A stretch of DNA of 64,000 nt from Raillietiella orientalis (taxonomy: Eukaryota): the NCBI GenBank assembly GCA_036172245.1, contig JAYWIR010000052.1, positions 310,001-374,000 on the forward strand, in the 5' to 3' direction. This document shows positions 11,878 to 24,148 of this stretch, in pieces. A program made the position numbers and the translations under genes. The notes below the pieces were generated by a model. That model saw nothing but the letters and a program-made list of their open reading frames with translations. It was not told the DNA's origin and searched no databases. Each line of letters begins with the position of its first letter. Position 1 is the stretch's first letter.

Positions 11878-14800
11878 TCAGGGCAGCTTGCGGATGGCCT
11901 CGAGCACCCGGTGGCACTCGCAGGCGACGTCGCAGACGAGCGCCTGGATCTGCTCCTTCGAGTCGATGACGTCGATCCTCTGGGTGTAGGGGTTGTAGCG
12001 GACCGTGAAGGACCTCGGGATGGTGGAGGCGAAGGCCCTGGGAGCAGTGGGGTAGGCAGGAGGGGCGGACCCTCCTTCCCGCTTACATCATCTGGTCCTT
12101 GACCCTGGAGAAACTCTCAGCAACGAAGTACAAAGGTTGGTACTCCGTGATGGGGTACTCCTGGGTGCACGCGACGTAGGGGTCGAAGGGCTTGGCCTGG
12201 GCCTTCCCGCTGATGCTGTACTCGAGCTCTCCGAAGGAGGACAGCAGCCCCGCCCCGTAGGCCTTCAGCTGACCTTCCTGGTGGCACAGGCCGAACTCGA
12301 CGGTGAACCAGTAGCACTGCAGGAGGAGGGGCCGCCATTCCTTCCGCCTGTCTCCCCCCCGGCCCCACCCTCACCGAGGCCAGCTTGAGGATGTCTTCCT
12401 CCGGGGCGCCCAGGGACGCCAATCCGATCTCCTGGGAGAACTGGGCGAAGTCAGGGTCGGCGAAGAGGGGAGCATGCCCCAGGAGCTCGTGGCAGATGTC
12501 CGGCTCCGGGGTGTAGAAGGGGCAGCTGGGATGCCGGATGTACTGGGTGGAGAAGAACACGCGGAAGGCGAGCCCCGACAGGAAGTCCCGCGACGACAGC
12601 AGCCCGGCCACGGGGCGCAGCGTGAATCCCGTGCAGCCTGAGGGTGTTGTCCGGCCGTCGCGCGCGACCCCTCCCCCTCCTCCCTTCCGCGCCGCGCCCG
12701 CGGAGGTGGTGGTGGGAGGGGCTACCCACCTCGCAGGAAGTTGGAGACATCCTCCAGCTGGGGTATGGCGTCCTCGCAGTAGCCGCAGTTCTGGACCAGC
12801 AAGGGGAACGCATGGTTGAACTCCCGGCACGCGTGCTTCGCGTAGAGGTCCTGCAGCTTCCTGTAGATCTTCCTCCAGGTTCCGATCTCCTCTTCCGTAT
12901 ACTCGACCCTCGGTATGGGCTGCCCGCTGAGGGAGGGAAGGGCCAGCGCTCAGCACGCACCCCACCTGCGGGCGCATCCGAAAGCGCGCAGCTTACTGGT
13001 TGTAGCTGTAGGCGATGTCCGCGAAGAGGCGCCGTCTCTTCCGGTAGACCTCGTCTTTGAATCCAGGGTGGTCGGCGTCCAGCTCCGCCCCGTAGCTCAG
13101 GATGTGCTCCTTGCACTGGTCCAGGTCCTGGATCTTCCGGGGAAACCAGGGAACGGCGTCTTCGGGAGGAGGAGACGGGAAGCAACGCTCCAGCGCCGCT
13201 GCCCCCGTGCGCCGCCCCGCAACTCCACCTTCTGCTGGCAACGAGGGGGGAAGGGAAGTACCTTCCACAGTAGCCTTAGGCGAGACGATCTGCAGGTACT
13301 TGGACTGCTGCTTGAGGTCATCGATGATGGCCCGAAGATCGTAGTCGCTCTCCTTGAACTCGATCAGAAAGTCGTACTCCCCTGGATCCCTCGCGGAAGA
13401 CCTGGACTCGATGTGGCTGAGGCTTATCCCGTTCTTCTGGAGAAGGAAACGAGAATCGGGATTTCGCCGGAGCGGCAGCGCCGGCGGAAGAAGCGAAAAA
13501 GGGAGAGGGGCCAGGCGCGTGGTGAGAAATCCTCCTCCACCTCCTGCGGGAACGCGCGATTTCCTTCGTTTAGCGCCGGACCGAGAGGTGGCTCCGCGAC
13601 GCAGAGAGTGGCAGCGACGAGAATGCGCGTCGGCTTCCTACTCGGTGGTCGCTCGTCGGCTTCCAGCTCACGCGCGCCTCGCTGCCGGAGGTGGCAGCGC
13701 CGGCCACGACGAGCCTCCTCTATCGAAGCGCTCCCAGTGGCCATGAGGGGGGTACGAAGGGCAGAGAGGTCCAGGCGGGGACGTGGTCCAACGCCACGCA
13801 GTGGATGCTCCGCTTTGAAGAACTCCAGCGCGAAAGGGGGCCGCGCGCGTTCCCTGTCGACGACTGCGCCGTGTAAGCAGAGGGTCTATGCCGGGGTAAA
13901 GAGGGCGAGTAAGCAGCACTCCCGTCTCCCGGGAGACGGGCGAGCAGCGGGACGGCCACAAGAGGACTCTCTGCTCCGGAACTCTGCGTGGCCGACCGCC
14001 CTTCCGGATGACCCCCGGAAGGCGCCTCCTTCCGGGGCGTCTTCTCTGGAGGCGAGGCGGCCGCTTCAAGAACGCTAGACTGACCTTGAAGACGTCGAGG
14101 ATGCGGGCGAGAGCGCCGATCTCTTCCTGCATGGAGATGATGATGCGCGTGCTGCGCTTGGTGTTCTCGCATGGTTGTTGTTGCGTCGAGCCCTGGGGAC
14201 ATGGAAACACCTTGCTTAAGTTGCGGCACCATCACGGTCAGGGTGCCGCCGAGGCATCTGGTGCCAAGCGCTAACAAGCGGAGGAGGGGTGAATAGGAGC
14301 CCCTTCTGCCCGCTCAGGGAGCCCTTCCTCTTCATGCTGCGCCCTGGGGAAGTGCTGACAGACCAAGGGGTGAGCACAGGGCGCTGCCAATTCTTCCTTC
14401 CTCTCCTTCCCTGGCTGCAGGGGACGCCTCTGCGTGGGGTATAGAAAGGGAAGCTGGGGAGGGGTTAATGCGCCGGACGGAGGAAGGCACGCGCGAGGTC
14501 AGCAGCCCGGTCACGGGAGAGGAAACTCGATCCCCTGGGGGTGGACTGCTCGTGGCTTCTCAAGCCAGAGGCGACGGCCGCGATGACAATGCGGTCCAGA
14601 AGTGTTCGCAGGTAGCGGCACGTCGGCAGGAGAGAGATGCTGACTCTGGACCAGAGGTCCCCTCCCTCCTTCCCTGACCGAGCGGAGACCGTGCCAGCGC
14701 GTCCCCGCCTCGTTCTGCGCTCTCCGCTGGAGGCGGCCTATCCACCTGGATGTAGGGGTGGAGGACGACGGTGGTCGCGAGCAGGGCAGGGAGGCCGCAG

Positions 14801-14950
14801 TGCATGCCCAAGAGGCGGAAACGGCGGCCTCCCTTCCTGCCCTTCGACCTGGACGGCTGGGTCACCGCCATCCCGTCCGAAAACAAAACCGTCCGAAAGC
14901 CGCCCCCCTCCCTCCCACGCGAGAAAACGCGGACTGTGGACACTCACCAT
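11878..14950 (-). CDS. PAH: Phenylalanine 4-hydroxylase (Henna/PAH-like aromatic amino acid hydroxylase)
   Basis: ACT domain [14 protein letters not shown]...HIESRSS; catalytic domain [42 protein letters not shown] (Fe ligands), [15 protein letters not shown]. The LLSS and YWF residues favour PAH over TPH (YLSP, YFF). The first coding exon is only ATG (14948-14950, ccATG|gtgagt), in phase with the exon starting at 14192. AATAAA at 11838-11843. Confidence 0.95.
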
Positions 14951-15479
14951 GGCAACCGTAGGCAGCTCTCTCAGTCCTGCCTGCTTCGTCGTCGTCGCTA
15001 TCGTCGTGAGTGGAGGAGCGCGAGCGAGGTCCCTGCGGCGGAGCAGCGGCTGTCGGGTGCGTCGGCCTTCCCCGGGACTTCAAGGAAATCTTTCGGGAGA
15101 ATGAGGACAGGCACGCGCTCGGAGTTGCGGGGGAGGGAGGGAAAGGGGGGGGGGAATAATCCGGGAGAAAGGGACGCAAGGGAGTAAGAGGAGGAGGAGG
15201 AAGGGGTTGCGTAGGGGAGCAGAGGGAAGTGCCGTCTAACGGGTTACCGCGTGAATGCCGGCGCGCGCGCCGCGACCCAGCCTTCCTTTCCTCGACCCCA
15301 AAACCGCCTTTCGCGCTTGCCTTCACCATCCCTGCCATCCTCGGCTGTTCCCTCTCTCCTCCTCACCCTGTCCGCCTTTTCCCTGGTGGGCAGGAGATGG
15401 CGTCGCGGGCACAACAACTGCGCCTTAAGCAGCCCCCTTCTCGAGTTACGCTGCGGAAAACTCAGGATAAAAAAAAAAA

Positions 15480-15760
15480 AGTTCTTTGTCTTCTTCTTTC
15501 CTCCTCCCTTCCTCTTCCTCCTCCTTTTCCTTTCCTCCCTTTTTCCTCCTTTCCTCATCCTCCTCCCTTCCACCTTCTCTTCTCTTTCTCCTCCTCTTCT
15601 CTTCGTCCTTTAGTCTTTCTCTTCTTCCCTTCCTTGTCCCTTCCTGCTTCTCCTCTCCTCTTGCCCTCCCCTTCCTCTTTTCCCCTTTTCTTCTCCGCTT
15701 CCTCCCTTCCTCCTTCTCCTGTCTTGTTTGTCATCTCCTCCTTCATCTCCTCCCATCTTT
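15480..15760. repeat. Polypyrimidine (CT-rich) low-complexity tract
   Basis: About 280 nt almost entirely C/T on the + strand, upstream of PAH. Confidence 0.9.
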
Positions 15761-18700
15761 GAGGCTGCAGGTGGCGAATCTGCTATCCGCGGACGGTCGC
15801 GCCTGCTCTTCTGAACCGCCGCGACTTCGGACCAGCCGTCGCCTCGGCAACCGTGAGGCCAAGAGGGACTCGATAGGAAGGAAGGATGGAAAGCCCGTGG
15901 GCGAAAGGAGAGTTCCCGGCCGCTGCCGATCCCCCTCGCGGGAGAAGCGAAAAGAGTGCCAGACTGACTGCCCCCTGCCTTCGAGAGGGTAAAGCCGGTC
16001 GGGCTGAGGCATGGAAGAGGATGAGGAGGGGTGGAGGAGGGCAGAGAGGACTTCAGGACGACCGTGGCGATGGGCCCTCTGTGCGAGGGCGGTGGTGCCG
16101 GTGCCCCGGGAAGAAGTCACACCTGCATCCGGTGCGCTCACCTGCCAGGGCGCCCAGCTCCAGGGACTGCCGTCCACTCTGGGCGCGGGATCGGCCCGCC
16201 GGCAGGACGAGGAGGAGGAGGCGTCTCCCTGGGGCCGGCTGGCAGAGGGGCCGTTCCCCGAGTGGCTCATCCGGCTTCCAGGCAACCAGTCTGCCACGCG
16301 CAGCTGCGGAGCGGCCGTCGACGCTGCTTGGCGGCGGTCAGGTGGGCCAAGAGCGGGCGCTGGCCGGGTCTACGAGCGACCCTCCTGCCTTTCCGGAGGG
16401 CATATGTGGGTTGCAGGAGGAGAAGGGCATGGTGCGGGAGCGAACCTGCGGGCAAAGGACACCCCTTCGAAGAGAAGGTCAGCGGCCGCGGGACCGTCGG
16501 GACGGATTCTCGTCCAGCGGGAGGATTCCCGGAGGACCCGCGCGACGCCCGCGCTTCTCAGAGGAAGCGGGAAGAGGCAGGGGAGAGACGGGGAGCTTCG
16601 CTGGCGACTGGAGCGAGAGAGAACGGTGGTGGCAACCCTGCTCGTTCGAGGTTGCTCGTTTCGTTCTTCGGAAGAGGCTCCTTTCGAATCCACTGAGGAA
16701 GAGGCAGAGAGGGAAGAAAGGGGAGGGGGGGGGGAAGGGGGCAGGACGACGAATCCGACCCTTGCCCACGATTGCATTCAGCACGCCGTTCCGGTGAATA
16801 CGGGGCAGGCAATCTGCCCGCGGGCGCGGGGGAGCTGAGAAGAAGGTGGGTCGGCAAGTCCCCTCTTCTCCTCCACCTCTCCCTTTCTGCGTTCCTTCCC
16901 TCTGGGGGAAACGATCGCTTCCTCGTTTATCTGCAGCCCGGCTCACTCCCGCTCACGCTGGTGCACCGCGAAGGGAGGAAGGTCACATCTCGGGTCGAAA
17001 TCACTGAAGATTACATTCAGTTACAAAATGGCACATGACCCACTCACTAATCTACAGCAACGCCAGTGGACCAGCAAATTAAAGATTCACGGTTCAGTAG
17101 AAGATTCGAGACGAAACGGCATCCTCGTCGAGTTTCCCAGACTTCCTATTATCATCATCATCATCATTCTAAAAGTGCATTTGATGTTACTTCACCTCTC
17201 GGCTGCTCGTTTAACAGTACAGGTGCCACCTTTCTTCGATATTTCATTTCCCAACCCTTAAGCGTCCGTCTTGCCCTTTGGTTTTGCGGAATTGACAATT
17301 CATTTGCTCTCCTGCGGCTGAGCTGCCATCGCTGACACGAACCGATCGGTTCGTCGATGACCACGTGCGGCGCGCCATGCAACAACACGCGCACCGGGGC
17401 GGACACATTGCGCGTGTGACCGTGTTGCACGCGTTCGCGAGGACTGTACTTTTTCACACCGCATCCGGTGTGCATCCGCGTGGATCGCCTGGCAACCCTG
17501 TTGACAGGAGTGGCATTTGCGCAGCGTCCCCAGGGAAGCTTGGCGACGCCCCTGCGAAAGGAGACATCTCGCAGAAGGAACGGTTGGATGGCTCCAGATG
17601 ATCCCGGCAAAGCGGCACGTGAATTGGCGTTTCTTTTTTTTTTTGTTTGTTTGTTTGTTTGTTTGCTTCCCAACAGGGCACAGGAAAATGGAATGGCAGT
17701 GTGTGCAACATGCGAGCCGTATGAGTGACCAGGAAACGTGGCCCGTCCGCGTGGCGGTGAAAACAAGCAACTGTCCCCCCTCTCTCCCCCCCCCTTCCCT
17801 TATCCCACTCCCACCCCCACTCCCAGAGAATCGCAAAAAAAACAGCATCCAAAGTATCGTCCGTGTCTGCAAACTTGCAAGTAGCAGGTTTCACAGCGTA
17901 ATAAAAAAGTCCAAGCGATCCGCTGTTTGCAAGACGCAACGGCGGAAGCCTCCGCAACGCGCGCCTCCTGTGAAACGAAAAGAAAAGGGAGACACAGCTG
18001 AAATCCTCTTGCGAAACTAGGTCATGGGAAGGAGCAGCTTTGGGTGCCGTTAAGACGCGAAGACGGATTCCCGAATCCCTGCTCACTGAACAAGAACCGC
18101 ACGCTGCGGCGGAATGTGACCATCGGCTGGCAATCCATTACTGCCCCGCCGAGAGAAGCACATTCGCTTCGGAAAAGGGCGACGACGACGACCTCGCAGT
18201 GAATCGAACGGGAGTGGTCAGCTCCGCTTGCTCCGATCTCGGGGCGACCCCTGCAGAAAAAAACCGCGAAAAGTGCCCGCAAGCAGGACCGGCGCCCCCG
18301 CGAAGGGCTCCGCGGGAAACAGACGGCTCTCTTGGGATGGACCTTCGAAGGGAAGTTTGCCCATTCGAAACGAGGAAGGGCAAGCGCAGGTCGCTCGTCC
18401 TAGCGGCCGGCGACTGCTCTTGGAATCGGGAAACAACGGGGACGGGCGGAGGTTTCCACCGATGGGTAGGTTCTGCCTCCGAACGAACGGGGGTCGGTTC
18501 GCCCGCGTTGTCCCCCCCCCCCTCACAACGGAGTGATGAGGAGGGTTTTTTCATTTCCTCTTTTCTGATGCGTGGCGAAGATATTAGATGATGGGGCCCA
18601 ACCAGGGGCCGCAGGTTGACGGAGAAAGCAAACACTGCATTTTTCATCTGCAATACATCCTTTTCCCATTAAAAGTGCACCGCCGCATTAAGGCACGAAG

Positions 18701-19258
18701 AAATAATACGAAATTCTCAAGGAATCTTTGCATGGATTCCAGAAACAGCCCTACGCGCTAGCGAAATGGGTGCAGCCATTCTAGACTGCTCTCTTCCTTG
18801 AAAAGTGAAGCTTCTCCGAAGGAGGCTGCGACCGCGGCACGCGGGCTCAGATCCGGAGCAGCTGAAAACGTCTTTCGCCGCCATCGCTCCCTTTTGCCAA
18901 TTCGTTGCCATGAAGCGGTTCCATCTCCTTTTGGGTGGGCCAACAACCCACCTACAACTGTCGCCGAAAACTGGGGGACTGTTAGGACTCGTTTGTTGGT
19001 CTGTTTCACCAGGCCCAGGTCCAGTTTCTGGGCTTACTTGGGATGCATCACACGGTGCCCGTCTTGTGTGTGTGTGCGTGCGTGCGCGCGTGCTTTCTTC
19101 CCGTTTTCTTTTTCTTTTTTTTTTTTTTTCTCTTAAATGTATTCCTTAAGAAAAAGGGTTTGAGCCTCCCTTCGCTTTCGATTATTTTCTGAAGGAACTT
19201 GGTCAACTGAATCACCAAGCTCGTTAACCTTGTGCACAAGCGCAGAAGACACCCCCCG

Positions 19259-19926
19259 TCAGCGGAATTCCCCCCTAATGGTAATTCTCAGAAAAAGCAG
19301 AGCATCCAACGTGAGAAGCAGCATGCACAAGACAGGAAGCGTGAAACTTGATACGAGAGCTCCCCACCAGAGAATCCAGTTTTGAGAAAACAACCACTGC
19401 TCCTTAAGCTCCTGGAATGCTGCTAGCCCTGCTTCGCGCATGTGATGAATCCCAGTTTTCCCGATAAGGTCTTTCTCGAAAGCAGCACTCGAAAACAAGT
19501 CAGGCGGGATCCAGGAGTCAAGGGAGAGGCGAAACACTCCCCAGAAATCGCCTTCCTGCGCGCAAGCCGGAGCGTGGTCGAAAGCCATCGGTCTGCTCTG
19601 GTAGAAAAGGCGAAGAAGGGTGACCGGAAAAGGAGCCGCGGTGTCGTCAGTCATACGACGGTGAAGCGCCGTTGGGGTGGTTGGAAATGCTCGTACGCGG
19701 AAACGCGCGCGAGGCTGCCGTGGGGTCATCAGGGTAGATGCTGGGTCCAGATAATGCTCCGGACCGCGAAGTTCCGCATGCTGGCTGCCCAGTGGATCCA
19801 AATCGAATGGATCCACCCTGGAAGCTTCTCCAAAGTGGGCGTGCAGGAAATGGCATTGGCGCTGCCGCCAGTCTGCGAAGGGTTCGAAACGAATAGGGAC
19901 CGCGCAGAAGCCGCTAAGCAAACCAC
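19259..19926 (-). pseudogene. Possible decayed divergent ionotropic receptor (IR) C-terminal fragment
   Basis: The ORF ends AAFEKDLIGKTGIHHMREAGL (like the iGluR/IR S2-end motif LxLxExGL), followed by a hydrophobic segment WILWWGALVSSFTLPVLCMLLLTLDALLFL. The upstream STLMTPRQP is M3-exit-like. It is intronless and apparently frameshifted. The resemblance is weak and by eye. Confidence 0.25.
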
Positions 19927-22730
19927 TCTGGGCGTACGATGCTCAACTCGAGGGAAAAAACTGCTCCGTCTCGAACCGGATGAACAAATGCTGATGATGA
20001 TGATGACAAGCGAATTGCGGTACTACGCCATTGGGAACTGACCGGTCGTCAGTTAAAATCACACCTTACTCGCAAGCAGTGATGCCACAAACAAAAAAAA
20101 GACGCTTGGTATTGGAAAAACGGACGTACGAAGACAGATTCGAACTCACGGGAAAAGACCTTCATTACTATTCCTTAGAAAAGAGGACACATATTGCATG
20201 TTTAATGTAAACCTTGCAACGCAAAACTCATGTGCTGAAACAATACTTTTATTGAAGAGTCCATTGTATATACAAATGGGATGCATATATACAGAAAGTG
20301 CGTACAATTGATTCTATCTATTACATATAAATACGTATTTTCTATATTAAATTTGCACCCTTTTAAACCCTATTTAATCTCCATAAGAAAGCAAACAACT
20401 TTCGTCTTCGTCCATCATACTTCTCAAGGGAATCCCAATGACTTGACAACTGCAACTTGGAAACGGATCCAAAGTTCGTGGAGACTCTAGAATATAATAA
20501 TTATAAGTTAGCATGTAGGTAAGCGCCATTCCAAATGTGCTCTCTAATTAAATATTCGACACAACTTTTATTACGATTCCGATCGACACTGATAATAAGT
20601 TTTGCACGTACCATAATGCAGACAATAATTATTTCACTATTCATTACAACAACTGAAAATTGCTTTTCCTAGTGAAAAAAAAAAAAAAAGTTCCGACGAA
20701 ACTTCTAGATGCCCGATACTTCGCAATGAAATTTGAACTCATCAGTAAAAATTGCATTCTAATGAGTAAGCTAATACAGCGCCTTGAACCCTATGAAAAG
20801 TTGTATAGCCAAAAATATGGAACTTTTTAAAGATGTTAACTTTTGTAGAGCCCCTTGAAAAACACAGGATAGAATCGAACATTTGGGATAGAATAAATAA
20901 TAAATTGTTTGTGTTGAAGTATCAGTTTCAGTCGGAAATCAGAATATCAGGAGACTTTCGATCTGATCAGCCTTGATCTGAACAAGATGCCGAGATTAGC
21001 GATCGTAAGAGGAGTGTTTCAAGGTGCTTCTCAAGTTGGTTGTAGGGGATCTGTGCAATTAAATGATCTAAACTAGCTAACGAGCTGAACAGTAGTTCGA
21101 GAAAGGCAAATAAGCAAGCATGTAGATTCATTCATTTTTTTTGTCTTCCTTCTACACACCTCTACTCTAGGCAGTTTGCTACTAATATTCAATCATGTAC
21201 TTGCTGCTTCACATTACCTAAAATACTGAAACAGACAATAAATTTTGTGAGGTATATTTAATTGAAATCTAATTTTTTCTCCTGAAAAGTAATTGCTCAT
21301 TTATTACCCAAACGATTCCTTTTTCGTATATGCGAAAAATCTGGATCGCAAAATCGAGCTTCCCAACCCCATCCAATTTTTCATTATGCAATAAGGAGAA
21401 TAAGTCCGTCTCCAATCAAAGTATGGGTGAAACACGAAATTCTTCCAAGAGTCCATGAAATTAAAAGAGACATTTTCCTCCCCCCCCCCCTCTCAACCTT
21501 CAATAAACTGCTAAGAACTATTATTTATTTAATTAATACTGCTAATTTGAATCATTATGTCGTACACGTTCCAGTGGTTAGTGTTCACTTCCTTTTCCAT
21601 TTAGAATAGTTCTTTATTGATGAGAAATTAGAATTCCGTTTTCGCATATCATAAAAATTAAGAACTGAGTTTGAGTAATTGTTTCAAAAAGATCCTTTGA
21701 GACAAAGGGTGAAATACGCGTTCACTTTTGAAAACAAAAGATAAAATATTGGAATTTTGGCATGAAATCAGTGCAATTATGATGCGTTCTTTTTTCTTCT
21801 TACGTTCAATCTTATAACTGATTTGTGAAACATTCGAATTTGAGTTTTCAACGTTTGCATGTGCATTTATGTACATGTGAAAATAGATTTCAGTTCTTTT
21901 CTAGATGTCTACCTTCTTATTCGTCATCACGATAACTTGAAGTAAATTTCGAATCTTTATACTAAATCGTACAAGCACCGCTTTGTGTGAGAAATCTCAA
22001 ATCTTGTGGTGGTTTGGAATATGAAGTCTTCAGGACACAACAAGGGACCGAAAACGCTACAGAAATTGAAAATGATTTGAAATCCGTGAGGGTAACGTGA
22101 GAACACTGCTCTTGTATATGAAATTTCTGAACGTTTGTTTCTGTTAAGGAATCCCCCCCCAAAGTGAAACATCTTTCTCCATTGGGTTGATGCTGCATTT
22201 TTAGCACGCTATTCTTTTACCGGTAGTAAGCGTTTCGTTTCCTAATAAGTTCCTGCTCCCCGTAGCATGTCTGAAAGCTCAGCTGTAAATGAGGCCAGAA
22301 TTTTAGATCATTCATATGTTTTATAGACTTCCATTCCCATTTTAATCATATTTATACAGTAGATTTTGCAGTTTGGAATTTTGCGTTCGAGTGTTTCCTT
22401 TCGCTTTTTCCATTCTCTGACAAAGGTTTGGTACATAAAAATGAAACGATGGCACTACGTTTGGGTTGTTGATTGTTAAGGATTGAAATGAACTGTATTA
22501 CCGAACTTTTCTTCCCTCTCTCTCTTTCTCCCTTTTTTTAAAAATAGAAACTTTATTTCTAGCATACATGGAGGCCTCAAACAAAGGATTTAGCTAAATG
22601 TTGCCTGCACTTCCAATTTACTAATTTTTAATGCTTGTGAATGAGCATACACAGCCAGTGAGCATGTGGACGTTTTCACAATAATCCGCTGTATCGGGAT
22701 TTATAAGGCATCTTTTCGCTTGAAAATTTC

Positions 22731-24148
22731 ATGACTGCTGAAACGTTTTGCAAGATCAAATGTAACTCGATGGAAGTAGATGAGAAGAAATATATCAATC
22801 TTTTGACCAATTTCGAGTTTTTCCGCTGCTTAGCTATGCCACAGCCCCAAAGAAGCAAGTACATGCTTGATATTGTAAATGAAAGGAAAGCTCGACTTGG
22901 TCCAGCTGCTGACTCTTTGCCAGGTATAAATACAGCCTGACTGTCATAACTTTGATTGAAAATTATGAGGACACAATTCTGTATACTGTTTTGCAGATGA
23001 CATTGTTTTCAATGCTTCATTCCGTCAGCCTTTGCTGTCTGCGATGGAATGCCTTATTCAACAAAAAAGGTAAGTACATTTCACTAGTTTAATCAATTGC
23101 TAGTAATTAAAGTTCACTATTAATGTGTTTCATTACATCATAAAGTAAGATGCATGCATGTGGTATGCAAAGTTCGCATCAGGAAAAGAAAGACACACTT
23201 CCAAACAAAAGTGAGTCGACAGAAGTGTTCCTTGGAACTTCATCCACCAATCTGACTAAGAAACACAATGAATTTTATTCACAAGAAGGAGATGATGATC
23301 CTCACACCATCCGACAGAAGCCGTGCAAGAGTGAAAACAGCTCTTGTGTTGAAACCGAAGTTTCAAATGATAGGCAGCATGCTAAAGAAATCAGTAAGAT
23401 GAGACAACTTAGGAATCCAAAAATAGTGTTACATCGTTACCATGAGTTGGAAAAGACTGGATCACGGACTGGTTTATTGCAAAAAATCATGGATAAAGCA
23501 GATGCTATTTATCATAACAAACTGCAGTCCAGTAGATCTGACTATTATGTTCAGAGGCATGTGTTATTAGCTTTGCTTGTAGCTCACCAAAGTGAATTGG
23601 TGTTATCAGATTTGGTATCCATGACAATGCAAGAAGTGGTTGCAGGTCATGTGGAACAAGGACTGTTCAGTTTTACAGTTTCTCCAGTTCTATCTAACAG
23701 TCACCCTAAAGTCATCATTCTCACGCCGCCATATGCCCAATTCCTAATTAGTTTTCTTCTTGGTGCCAGATTCCATGCAAAGATGAATAGGCAGACAAAG
23801 TATGTTTTTTTCCAGTTCAGCAGGGGCAAAGTTTCCAAACTAAGCAACTCTTCTGTTAGTGTAAGTTCACCGAGTATCATTTGCATCTCGTGATGTGCAT
23901 GTGTATTGCAGAAAAGTATCCATAATGGCTGGAGCATTATAAGCAGGGACACAAATATTCAGACAATGAAAGAATTCTCTCAGCATCTTGCCTACACATA
24001 TCCCCATTACAAGCAGAAAATGAAGCAGCATGCGTCCGAAAACTCGCAGTTCCTACATACGGAAAAAATAAAGAACTTGGATGAAAAGCGTGTTCTTAGC
24101 ACTTTGCAGAAATTTACATTCTCATTGAAGGCTCAAACACAAAGCTAG
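22731..24148 (+). CDS. Uncharacterised ~405-aa protein, 4 exons; C-terminal half resembles a tyrosine-recombinase catalytic fold lacking catalytic motifs
   Basis: Exons 22731-22923, 22997-23069, 23146-23860 and 23912-24148 join in frame (intron phases 1, 2, 0; total 1218 nt) with GT-AG introns of 73, 76 and 51 nt. AATAAA at 24312-24317. The gene model is well supported; the fold assignment is inference and the start codon is uncertain. Confidence 0.8.

Noticed and set aside
15743..17040. Possible spliced gene upstream of PAH (donor near 16140 on -, exon-like ending at 17038 on +)
   Set aside because: I could not join exons into a coherent protein on either strand.
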